From: Bacilli bacterium
Lineage (GTDB): Bacteria > Bacillota_I > Bacilli_A > RFN20 > CAG-826
Assembly (NCBI GenBank): GCA_045597865.1
Contig: JAZLKX010000037.1
Location: 1-64,000, forward strand
Length of the DNA stretch: 64,000 nucleotides
Direction: 5' to 3'
The notes beneath the pieces were generated by a model. It did no database searches. It saw only the letters and a list, made by a program, of their open reading frames with translations, and was not told the DNA's origin. This document shows positions 20,429-29,927 of this stretch, piece after piece. Position 1 is the stretch's first letter, and each line of letters starts with the position of its first letter. Made by a program: the position numbers and the translations under genes.

Positions 20429-22222
20429 ATGAAACAAGCATTAAAAAACTTTTTTAATAAATTAAACGCAGGATTGCGTAAAGTTTTTGGTGTCTTTAAA
20501 AAGAACACAAACGAACACAAAATGCATTCTACTTTTAGTGCTTTGATTGCCTTCCAATATAGAGATAAAGTTGATTTGTCTTGGACAAAAACAACAAAAA
20601 CAAAGATTCAAAAGATTGTTTTTTCAATTATTAAATTTCTTGTTGTTGCAGCCGTTGTTTTTGCTATTTTAACTTTAGTTAAAGAGTTATTTAAAATTAC
20701 TACACAGATTTTAAGCTTCTATCTTGTTTTCTTGGGTATTTATACAATTTTAAATCTTATTACAGTTACTTTTGGATTAGTTAAATCACTTTATTATGCA
20801 GAAGATAATAAAGTTCTTGTAACATTCCCAGTCAATTCTTCTAAATTATTTATTTCTAAAATTTTTGTTTATGAATTATTTGAATTGCGCAAGAGTTTGG
20901 ATGTTTTAGTTCCAGTTTCTCTTGCGTTCTTTATTGCGGCAATTACTTCTGGAGTAATGCAACTTAGCACTATATTTTGGTCAATCATTCCAATATTGTT
21001 ATTGATTACAGGCACAGTTTTGTTGGGCGCCCTTCTTTCTATTCCTGCCCTTTATATCTATAAAACTTTAAAGAATCACGCTATATTAGAAGCAATCGTT
21101 TTCTTACTTGCTGTTGCAGCGGTTGCAACTGGAATAATTTTACTTATTGGTTTAATTCCAGAAAACGAAGGTGACGTCGATATCATTAGAAGCTTCCCGC
21201 TTATTAAGGCTGCAATTGATGATTTTGTTGGTAAATTCTCAACTTATGTTGCGCCGATTACATATATCTTCAAATCAATTGTTGGTGATTTGGGTTCAAC
21301 ATGGATCGGTTACAAACTCACAGGATTAACTTTTGCTTACACCGGAATTATTTTAGCAATTGTTGCTGGTTTAGCGATTCTTGTTGTTTTAATAATTAAA
21401 CCTTTCTATTTCACGATGTTAACCAAAACATTTGAATTTAATAAGAAAGTTATGGATAAACAAAAACGCAACAAAGTTAGAAACAAATATTTCACATTCG
21501 TTTTAAAAGAAATTAAATTAACTCTTCGCGAATTTGAACTTTCTGGGTCATATTTAATTGTTTATTTAGCAGTTCCAATTTTGCTTTACTTTATTGATAA
21601 AGTTTTCGCTGCAATGACTACATCTACCCAAGGTAATTTCTTAATCTTAACATTTAACATTTTGCTTATTATTTTGCCACTTCTTGCGTCTTCTTCTTTG
21701 TTTGCAACGCTTTATTCACGCGAGGGCAGAACAGCATACATGAAGAAGACCAAACCAATTAAACCTTATTTTCCGTTATTTTCAAAAATGATTACAAACT
21801 TTGTTCTTGTTGCCCCAACAGTAATCGCTTCATGTATCATTTTTGCAAAATTCTGTGAAATTAATGTACTTTGTACAACACTTTTTACAATCTCAGTACT
21901 CTTCTTGCAATACGGTCACATGTTCTTCTCTGCAACTCTTGATATTATGAATCCTCAAAATGAAGTTTATGCTACAGAAGGAACATCTATTTCTAATCCT
22001 AATGAATTAAAGTCTACGGTTGCAGCATTTGTAACATCGCTTGCAATTACATTCGTTGGATATTTCTTTGTTACAGAAAGTCACTATGCAAACGGTAATT
22101 TGGATAGTGCATTTATTAAAATTTTACTTATAGCAGCTGTATTTTTTGCAAGCACAATGGTTATGTTTTTCCTCAAAATAAAAGCTTTCTATATAGATAG
22201 ACAGGAGGCAAGTAGAGAATGA
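20429..22222 (+). CDS. Putative ABC exporter permease
   Basis: 597 aa, about 12 TM helices in two halves; LVTFPV...LFISK and KEIKLTLRE patterns seen in large ABC-2-like permeases; abuts the ATPase gene. Confidence 0.75.
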   Translation: MKQALKNFFNKLNAGLRKVFGVFKKNTNEHKMHSTFSALIAFQYRDKVDLSWTKTTKTKIQKIVFSIIKFLVVAAVVFAILTLVKELFKITTQILSFYLVFLGIYTILNLITVTFGLVKSLYYAEDNKVLVTFPVNSSKLFISKIFVYELFELRKSLDVLVPVSLAFFIAAITSGVMQLSTIFWSIIPILLLITGTVLLGALLSIPALYIYKTLKNHAILEAIVFLLAVAAVATGIILLIGLIPENEGDVDIIRSFPLIKAAIDDFVGKFSTYVAPITYIFKSIVGDLGSTWIGYKLTGLTFAYTGIILAIVAGLAILVVLIIKPFYFTMLTKTFEFNKKVMDKQKRNKVRNKYFTFVLKEIKLTLREFELSGSYLIVYLAVPILLYFIDKVFAAMTTSTQGNFLILTFNILLIILPLLASSSLFATLYSREGRTAYMKKTKPIKPYFPLFSKMITNFVLVAPTVIASCIIFAKFCEINVLCTTLFTISVLFLQYGHMFFSATLDIMNPQNEVYATEGTSISNPNELKSTVAAFVTSLAITFVGYFFVTESHYANGNLDSAFIKILLIAAVFFASTMVMFFLKIKAFYIDRQEASRE

Positions 22223-22689
22223 AAAAGTCAACTATTTTAGTTTTATTACTTATCTATATTGTTTCCTTCTTTGTTGTTGGTCTTATTGGTGTTTCGATAC
22301 GTTCTAACTATCAGGTTAGCTATGTTAGCGAAATTCTTATTACACCTCTTGAAGGCCAAGTCATTAACGAAATGGAACCAGGTCACACAACTAAGGAAAT
22401 TTCTAATCCTGAAGACCCAGATCACATTCGTTATGAACACTCATATAACTATGAAACTGACTATGAACCAAACTTGATTGTTAAGTTCAAAGTTCAGGTT
22501 AAACCAGACAATACTACATACAACACATTTGAGACGATTTATTCTAAATCTAGTTTGTACTTAATTACTGTCAACGAGGATAACACTGTGTTTATTGCTG
22601 TGTATGATTCATACACAAACATTGAACTCACATTCCAATCAAGTGACGGTAACAGACTTCAAACTACATTAAGATTAATGGTCTTCTAA
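22219..22689 (+). CDS. Hypothetical membrane-anchored exported protein
   Basis: MKK plus one TM helix, then a beta-rich domain; ATGA overlap with the permease. Confidence 0.75.
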   Translation: MKKSTILVLLLIYIVSFFVVGLIGVSIRSNYQVSYVSEILITPLEGQVINEMEPGHTTKEISNPEDPDHIRYEHSYNYETDYEPNLIVKFKVQVKPDNTTYNTFETIYSKSSLYLITVNEDNTVFIAVYDSYTNIELTFQSSDGNRLQTTLRLMVF

Positions 22690-22776
22690 AAGGAGGAAAT
22701 TTATCGATTAGTTATTTAAATAGTTCCAATTAATTTACAATTTAAAAATTTACTTAATTTTATAAGGAGAAAAAAT

Positions 22777-25700
22777 ATGAATAAAAAATTTAAACTTGCC
22801 TTATTAGTTGCATCAACATTCTGTGCAGCAGGTGTGATGGCTTCTTGTGGTGAAACACCTCAACCAGAGCCTCCTACTCCACCAGTAGTTGATATCGGTG
22901 TCGAATCAGTTGCCGTTGATAAAACTGAACTCGATTTACATCTTAATGACACATATCAACTCAGCACAACAGTTTTACCAGAAAACGCAACAAACAAGGC
23001 CGTAACCTACACTTCTCTTCGTCCTACAATTGCATCTGTTGATGATTCAGGCAAAATTACTGCCTTAGCCGAAGGAACGACAGTTATTTCTGTTGTTTCC
23101 CAAAATAATGCAGCAGCAAGAGCAGAAGTTATTGTTACAGTTACTAAATTAGTCGTTGGCGTTGATGAAGTTAAATTAGATGTTGAATCACTTAATTTAT
23201 TAATTGGCGATAATCACGAATTAGTTGCAACAGTTTTACCAGAAAACGCTACTGATAAGTCAGTTACATTTTCGTCTCTAGATGAAGATGTTGCATCAGT
23301 TGATCAATCTGGCAAAGTTGTCGCAAAAGCAGCTGGCACAACATACATTTTCTGTTCCGCAAATGATGGATCCGGAAACCAAGCCAAAGTTAAGGTTGTC
23401 GTTTCAGAATCACACATTGATGTTAGCTCAGTGAGTGTTGGCAAAGAAAAGAATATTACTCTTGAACCAAACGCTGAACGTACAATTCAAGTTACAGTGT
23501 TACCAGATAATGCAACAGATAAATCTGTTACATTCACATCATCACAACCAGATGTTGCTTCTGTTGATGAAAGCGGAAAGGTTAAAGCACTCAAAGTAGG
23601 ATCAACTTCCATTATTGTTCAATCAGTTGATAATCCAGCAAAGTTTGACACATTAAACATAAGTGTTGCTGAAACAGTTACCCACGTTACTGGAGTTACA
23701 ATTTCAGATTCTGAAAAGTTAGTTGAAGAAAACGCAGACAGCTTTAAATTAACTGCTACCGTTGCTCCTGAACACGCAGACGATAAATCAGTTATTTGGG
23801 CATCATCTGATGTTACAGTTGCTTACGTTGATGGTGAGGGTAACGTAACACCAATTAGCGCCGGTGAAGCAGACATTACTGTTAAGACAGCAGACGGTGG
23901 TTTCGAAGAAACATGCCATGTTATAGTTACAAAAACTGAAATTGAAAGTTTAACAATGAGTGAATCTGCAATTCTTTTTGAAGTTACTTCAAATCCAGAT
24001 TCAGATGACAAAACTCACCAATTAAACGCAACTATTGCTCCATCAACTGCAACTTATAAAGAAATTTCTTGGTCTTCATCCAAACCTTCAGTTGCTACCG
24101 TTGATCAAACCGGTTTAGTTACTAAAGGATCAGAAATGGGTGTTGCTACTATTAGTGCTGTTCACAAAAATTCAGGTATTGTTGCAACCTGTGTTGTTAC
24201 TGTTGCTGCACAAGCAGTTACGAATATTGAATTAAATCAATCAACAATTTCCTTCCAAGAAGGATTTGAAGATGAAACAGGCGTACGTCAATTAAGCGCA
24301 ACCGTTACACCAGCAACAGCACCTAATACAGGCGTTAAATGGGAATCTTCAAATACAAATGTTGTTACAGTTGATCAAACCGGTAAAGTTCAACTTGTTG
24401 GCTATGGAACTGATGGAAAAGCAGTCATTACTTGTACATCCCTTCAAAACCCAACTGTAAGTGCATCATGTTCAGTTACAGTTGCTAAAGCAAACGAATA
24501 CAGCTTAGCTTTACCAATTCAAACTTCAAAGGCTTATTCTAACTTCCTCTCAAACAGAGGCGCAAAGATTAATCCGCTTGAAGAATTCTATGTTAAGAAT
24601 AAAACATTACAAGTTGGTGATGACAACCCAATTAACTTAACTCCAAGACTTGCAGTTTATAAAGGAAAGACTCCGGTTGATCAATCCAACTGGGCATTCC
24701 CATACGAAATTAAGGTCGAAAAGAAAGTCAATGACAGCTATGTTACAGCAACTACAGCAGAAGCCGAGGTTGTTTCATCATTAACATGCGATATTCAATT
24801 CAAAGCTGATGCAATTGGTTCAGATTTCAAAGTTACAGTTATTCCAGGTGGATTGTCTGCAGCTAAGAAAGAACAAGATGGCGCAAAAGCTATTTACGAA
24901 TTACATGTTATTGATGGCTATAATGTCACAAATGAATATGAATTATCTTACTTAGACGATTCTCTTGAAACCGATATGTTTGATACCAGCATCTGGTACG
25001 ACCAAGGTCCTGGTGCAAAATATGAAACATTCAAGAAAGCACATAATATTAATCCAGATTTACATCCAAATGCTGTAATTCTTCAAAATGATATGATGAT
25101 TACTCCAGACCACATTCCTTCAGCGTTCTTTTACAATTTGGAAGATGCTACAACAGGCGGTTGGAGCGATAACGAGAAAGCCAAATCATTAGGTTCTCTC
25201 AAAGATAGAACTTATTTCTATTCACATAGACATCTTGATAAAACAGTTACTCTTGAAGGCAACTACTTCTCAGCAGACTGGTCAAAGATTCCAGTTGTCA
25301 GAAGACCAAACTGTCAAGATGAAACCGCAACACTAAAGGTAAATTCACACTCAGCATTTATGAGAACATACATTGGAGAAACCAATGTTCAAAACCTTAA
25401 TATTATTGGCAACGCTCACGCAGCGTCATCAGATGCTCAAAACTACGCAATGGGTGGTTTAATCGCATTCAAATATACAGGCGATTCAAGAGGAATGGTT
25501 ATTGATAATATTGTTCAACATGCTTGTTATATTTCTTTCATGTCAGAAGGCGGATTTACTGATAATGTTAGTAGTGAATTCTCATACTTCAAAAATCTCA
25601 AATGTTTTGATAACTATAATTGTTTCTTATACAACTGGGGCGGAAAGATGCAAATTGAAAACTCCTTCTTTGAAGGTTGTGGTGGACCAGTTATGATTCA

Positions 25701-26475
25701 AGATCATACTGGGGTTGATCTTGATAAAGGTGAAGTTTATGATGAGGTTGACACCGCTAATGGACAATTTATCGTTTATGGTCATAGACCTGAAACAGTA
25801 TTTGTTGATTGTCAATTTAATAACTATGTTATTGGCACAGAAGCTTGGTTCAACTCGTTTGGAGCTTCTGCATTATCACAAACAATTAAGATGATGTCAG
25901 ATATGCTTACAAGCACTTCTTCAAACGGATTAACATTCCTCTTTGATGAAGACAAAAAAGGAACATCTTATACAGCAGCTGCCGAAGCCAAAAAAGACTG
26001 TATGATGAACTTTATTGTTCTTAACAAGAGTAGTGAAGCAGAAGGATTAACAACTTATGCAGTTGATGGCAATGTTACATTTATTAATAATTCTGTCACA
26101 ACAGACAAGTTCAATTATTTAAATCCAAAATCAATGACTGAAATGACACAAGAGGAACTTGATAGATTCACAGCTGAAGCTACTGAATACACATGTTTCA
26201 GAGGCCTTCAAGGTGCAGGTGCTCCAGTATTTGAAACAGCGGGCGGACACGTTGGTTTCTATGCTGCTGATCCAGCACACCCAGAATCAGGTGCACTTTG
26301 TAATGTCTATTGGACCGCAATCGCAAATGACGTATCTCAAGATCCAGGCACACGTGCATATGCTCAATCGCAAATGTTCAATTTGCCAGAGGGTTGGGAT
26401 AACGCCAATGGTTACCTTACAATGTACTATAACGGTATGGCATTAGTTCTTGGTGCAGGTCATTACGGTTTATAA
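22777..26475 (+). CDS. Large lipoprotein with six Ig-like (Big_2) repeats and an uncharacterised C-terminal region
   Basis: Lipobox VMASC; six repeats of the type TVLPENATDKSVTFSS..VASVD..GKV; about 660-aa unique C-terminus. Confidence 0.88.
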   Translation: MNKKFKLALLVASTFCAAGVMASCGETPQPEPPTPPVVDIGVESVAVDKTELDLHLNDTYQLSTTVLPENATNKAVTYTSLRPTIASVDDSGKITALAEGTTVISVVSQNNAAARAEVIVTVTKLVVGVDEVKLDVESLNLLIGDNHELVATVLPENATDKSVTFSSLDEDVASVDQSGKVVAKAAGTTYIFCSANDGSGNQAKVKVVVSESHIDVSSVSVGKEKNITLEPNAERTIQVTVLPDNATDKSVTFTSSQPDVASVDESGKVKALKVGSTSIIVQSVDNPAKFDTLNISVAETVTHVTGVTISDSEKLVEENADSFKLTATVAPEHADDKSVIWASSDVTVAYVDGEGNVTPISAGEADITVKTADGGFEETCHVIVTKTEIESLTMSESAILFEVTSNPDSDDKTHQLNATIAPSTATYKEISWSSSKPSVATVDQTGLVTKGSEMGVATISAVHKNSGIVATCVVTVAAQAVTNIELNQSTISFQEGFEDETGVRQLSATVTPATAPNTGVKWESSNTNVVTVDQTGKVQLVGYGTDGKAVITCTSLQNPTVSASCSVTVAKANEYSLALPIQTSKAYSNFLSNRGAKINPLEEFYVKNKTLQVGDDNPINLTPRLAVYKGKTPVDQSNWAFPYEIKVEKKVNDSYVTATTAEAEVVSSLTCDIQFKADAIGSDFKVTVIPGGLSAAKKEQDGAKAIYELHVIDGYNVTNEYELSYLDDSLETDMFDTSIWYDQGPGAKYETFKKAHNINPDLHPNAVILQNDMMITPDHIPSAFFYNLEDATTGGWSDNEKAKSLGSLKDRTYFYSHRHLDKTVTLEGNYFSADWSKIPVVRRPNCQDETATLKVNSHSAFMRTYIGETNVQNLNIIGNAHAASSDAQNYAMGGLIAFKYTGDSRGMVIDNIVQHACYISFMSEGGFTDNVSSEFSYFKNLKCFDNYNCFLYNWGGKMQIENSFFEGCGGPVMIQDHTGVDLDKGEVYDEVDTANGQFIVYGHRPETVFVDCQFNNYVIGTEAWFNSFGASALSQTIKMMSDMLTSTSSNGLTFLFDEDKKGTSYTAAAEAKKDCMMNFIVLNKSSEAEGLTTYAVDGNVTFINNSVTTDKFNYLNPKSMTEMTQEELDRFTAEATEYTCFRGLQGAGAPVFETAGGHVGFYAADPAHPESGALCNVYWTAIANDVSQDPGTRAYAQSQMFNLPEGWDNANGYLTMYYNGMALVLGAGHYGL

Positions 26476-26496
26476 TTAACGCATTAAACTAAAACT

Positions 26497-26527
26497 AAGG
26501 GGTAAGAAATTTCTTACCTCTTTTTTA
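26497..26527 (+). terminator. Terminator closing the 17691-26475 operon
   Basis: AAGGGGTAAGAA-at-TTCTTACCTCTT plus T-tract. Confidence 0.8.
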
Positions 26528-26549
26528 TTGTTTATTGTATAATGTGCAT

Positions 26550-28934
26550 ATGATTGTTATTAATAACCTCACAAAGAAATATCCTGGTGTTAATAAAGAT
26601 GAAGAAGTAATAGCCTTAAATAACATTAGCTTATTTTTACCTGACAAAGGTTTTATCGCGGTTTATGGAGCCTCTGGATGCGGAAAATCGACACTTCTAA
26701 ATATTTTAGGAGGTCTTGATGTCGCAGATTTTGGGACAATGATCGTAAATGGACGCGATACAACCGGTTTTAAGGCACACGATTGGGATTCATATAGAAA
26801 CCAAGAAGTTGGATTTATTTTTCAAAACTATTTCTTACTTCCTCACCTCAATGTTTTTGACAATATTGCTGTTACACTTCAAATGTCTAAGCAAACCAAA
26901 GACATGAAGAAAAGAATTCACGATGCTTTAAATGAAGTTGGTTTAGCGGGTTATTCAAAAAGATTTCCAAAACAACTAAGTGGTGGTCAACAACAAAGAG
27001 TTGCTATTGCTAGAGCTTTAGTTACCAACCCATCAATCATTCTTGCAGACGAACCAACAGGCGCTCTTGATGAAAAATCTTCTATGTCTGTTATGAAGAC
27101 ATTAAAAGAGATTTCCCAGAACCATCTTGTTGTCATGGTTACACACAACGAACGTATGGCAAAAGAGTACGCTGACCGTATGATTGAAATCTCTTATGGA
27201 CAGATTGTTGAAGATGCCGTAATTAAGCCAGAAACTGACGAAATCATATGCAAATCCCCATTAATTAAGGTTCATTTACCATTCAGAACCTCAATGAAAT
27301 GGTCATTAAGAAACGTTGTAAAAAAGAAGGGCAGATCCATTCCAATTGCTATTGCTTCTGCTATCGGTTTAGCGTGTGCCGGACTCGTTCTTTCGATGAC
27401 GGATTCAGTTAATAAATACGTTGCAAAAGCACAGGAAGCTGCAATTAAAGACTACCCAGTTTATGTAACTTGTTACTCTAAAAACTCCAGCGAATCAGCC
27501 AAAGCAACAATGGAGGAATTTCCAGAAACAGCAGACATCATTATTGAAAAGAGTGACTACGTAACACAAGAACACTATATTTCGATGCAAGATGACTTCA
27601 TGAACTACATGAATAAAATGCCAGATGATTACTATGCTCACGTTTATTCAAATGAAGCAGTTTCTTTTAACCTTTTCACAAAGCCAACACAATCATCAAT
27701 TCAAAAAATTTCATCTGGATACACTTTGTGTATTGCTCCAACAGACGACACTTATAAGTTTATTAATGAACAATACGACATCTTAGCAGGTCATTTACCA
27801 GAAAATGATACTGATTTGACAATTGTTGTTGATACATACAACAGAATCGACTTAGTTGTTCTTCAAAATATGGGTTTTGATACAAGCGAAGACAGAATCA
27901 AAGCCGAGAGCATTATTGGAAAAGAATACAAAGTTGTTGATAACAACAGTATGTATGTACCAGTAGACAAAACTATCGAAATCGAAAAAGAAGACGGAAC
28001 CATAGAAGAATTTAATGGAAAACAATACGTTAGAAAGAATTCTTCATATTATGAAGAATTGTATAACACCGCTTTTCATACGATGAAAATCACCGGTATT
28101 ATCAGAGCTAAATATGAATCTCCAAACCCATTGTATCAAACAATGTTGTTATATCACCCATCTTTTAAAGATATGATTTCCGCAAAAAATCAGGCGAGCG
28201 ACATTGTCCAATCACAAATAGAGTTTGGAACCAATTTTGATGTCATTAATGGAATACAATTTGTTGATACATATCAAAGCAATTTCAAAGTAACTGCTAA
28301 CTATTCTTTAGAATACAGATTAATTGATATCGGTGGTAAGAATCGTACAACATCAATTTATTATTACACTGTTACATTTGATCAAAGAGACCAAATCACA
28401 AATTACATGAAGGCTTATAGAATGCCAGAAGGTTCCGATATTGTTTTAAGAACAAAGGATTACTTGGAGCAAGTAACGTCAACATTCTCTGGACTCGTTA
28501 GAACCTTCTCAACTGTTTTGTTTGTGTTCTCAATGGTAGCAATTCTTGTCTCTGCTATTTTAACAGCAATTTTGACTTACATATCTGTTATTGAACGTAA
28601 GCGAGAAATTGGATTACTTCGAAGTTTGGGTGCTCGAAAACGAGACATCTCAAATATGTTTATTGCCGAGGCATCAATCGTTGGAATTGTAGCCGGTATT
28701 TTAGGTATTGGTTTATGCTATGCTTTAGCTCCAGCTTTAGCCAATATTGTTGTTGGTTTAGTTGATGCTGCAAACTCTAAAATTTTAGCTCCAACAGTAG
28801 GCGAATTTTCACATGTTCAACCGTGGTTAATTCCGGTCATGTTTGGAGGCGCAATTTTGATTGGTGTTATAGCCTCACTGATACCGGCAATAATTGCTGG
28901 TCACAAGAAACCAGCTGATTCACTTCGAGAATAA
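26550..28934 (+). CDS. ABC transporter, fused ATPase plus FtsX/MacB-type permease
   Basis: GASGCGKST, LSGGQQQR, LADEPTG, VTH; C-terminal SVIERKREIGLLRSLGA. ATG 26550 is preferred over TTG 26535. Confidence 0.9.
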   Translation: MIVINNLTKKYPGVNKDEEVIALNNISLFLPDKGFIAVYGASGCGKSTLLNILGGLDVADFGTMIVNGRDTTGFKAHDWDSYRNQEVGFIFQNYFLLPHLNVFDNIAVTLQMSKQTKDMKKRIHDALNEVGLAGYSKRFPKQLSGGQQQRVAIARALVTNPSIILADEPTGALDEKSSMSVMKTLKEISQNHLVVMVTHNERMAKEYADRMIEISYGQIVEDAVIKPETDEIICKSPLIKVHLPFRTSMKWSLRNVVKKKGRSIPIAIASAIGLACAGLVLSMTDSVNKYVAKAQEAAIKDYPVYVTCYSKNSSESAKATMEEFPETADIIIEKSDYVTQEHYISMQDDFMNYMNKMPDDYYAHVYSNEAVSFNLFTKPTQSSIQKISSGYTLCIAPTDDTYKFINEQYDILAGHLPENDTDLTIVVDTYNRIDLVVLQNMGFDTSEDRIKAESIIGKEYKVVDNNSMYVPVDKTIEIEKEDGTIEEFNGKQYVRKNSSYYEELYNTAFHTMKITGIIRAKYESPNPLYQTMLLYHPSFKDMISAKNQASDIVQSQIEFGTNFDVINGIQFVDTYQSNFKVTANYSLEYRLIDIGGKNRTTSIYYYTVTFDQRDQITNYMKAYRMPEGSDIVLRTKDYLEQVTSTFSGLVRTFSTVLFVFSMVAILVSAILTAILTYISVIERKREIGLLRSLGARKRDISNMFIAEASIVGIVAGILGIGLCYALAPALANIVVGLVDAANSKILAPTVGEFSHVQPWLIPVMFGGAILIGVIASLIPAIIAGHKKPADSLRE

Positions 28935-28962
28935 AAAAACCCGCGAATTTGCGGGTTTTTTT
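28933..28962. terminator. Bidirectional terminator
   Basis: A-tract, CCCGCG-aatt-TGCGGG, T-tract between convergent genes. Confidence 0.85.
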
Positions 28963-29849
28963 CATAGGTTTTCACGAATAATTTGTCCGGCGCGCTGTCC
29001 TAGCAAGACCTCGCTTTGACTGTCATAATGAGCCGCATCATCGCCTTCTCCAGAGTGTTTTTTAACGTCTAGATTTAAGGCTGTTTCGTCCTCTCCGTTT
29101 GTCTTGATACAAAATACATTTGGATCAGCGTCTGCAACCATTTGTTTTTGTTGGTTGACTAAGGTTGGATTTGGCCATACAGTTTTGGTGGAAATATAAG
29201 CATCAACAAAGGTGTAGTGGTCTTCATAATAATCTTTTAAATCTTCTCTATAAAAAGAAATCATATTAGTAAGGTTACTTGCATAGACAGAACCCCATTC
29301 ATCTGTGGAGTCTCCTTCACCTTGCATCCAGAATTGACCAACAATCTTTGGTTCAACTCCTCTTGATTTTAAATAATCGAGTCGTTTTTTAAACCAATCG
29401 ACAGAATCGTTGTAAAGTTTGCCTCTTTGTCCTTTTGAATTTAACCAATCGTTATAGATTCTTGTTGCTCCAACAGCAAATTTGATGATGTAGGTAAATC
29501 CATTTGCTTCGGAAAAGACGTCTGCAATGCCAATTTCTGGGCCAAAAAATGAATCGTGATCTGCAAGACCAAAACGGGTTGGTTCAAAGTATTCATTGTT
29601 TCTTCTATCTTGAACATAATGAGAAGTTAAAACGTTAGTGACACCGGCAGAAAATTTGTTATAAATATAAGGATTTTTACTTTGTAAAAACTCCGAAGGA
29701 GAATTACCTGAAGCATTTGATTGTCCTGCAATTAAAATAACATTTGCTTTTCCTGGTCTAATTAAGTCTCTATATTCATCTACTTGTGGTTTGCCACAGC
29801 CAGATAATAGAAGTGCAGGGATAAATGTAAAAGGAACAAATTTATTCAT
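28962..29849 (-). CDS. Lipoprotein, sialate O-acetylesterase/CE6-like (SASA) SGNH esterase
   Basis: Lipobox LLSGC; IAGQSNA, FGPEIG, WMQGEGD and DAAH motifs. Confidence 0.85.
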   Translation of the reverse strand: MNKFVPFTFIPALLLSGCGKPQVDEYRDLIRPGKANVILIAGQSNASGNSPSEFLQSKNPYIYNKFSAGVTNVLTSHYVQDRRNNEYFEPTRFGLADHDSFFGPEIGIADVFSEANGFTYIIKFAVGATRIYNDWLNSKGQRGKLYNDSVDWFKKRLDYLKSRGVEPKIVGQFWMQGEGDSTDEWGSVYASNLTNMISFYREDLKDYYEDHYTFVDAYISTKTVWPNPTLVNQQKQMVADADPNVFCIKTNGEDETALNLDVKKHSGEGDDAAHYDSQSEVLLGQRAGQIIRENL

Positions 29850-29927
29850 GCCTCAAATTATAAAGTAATTGTGAAAATTTCTAAAGAAATATTACTAATT
29901 CTTGTAATTTGATATAATAAACGCGTT

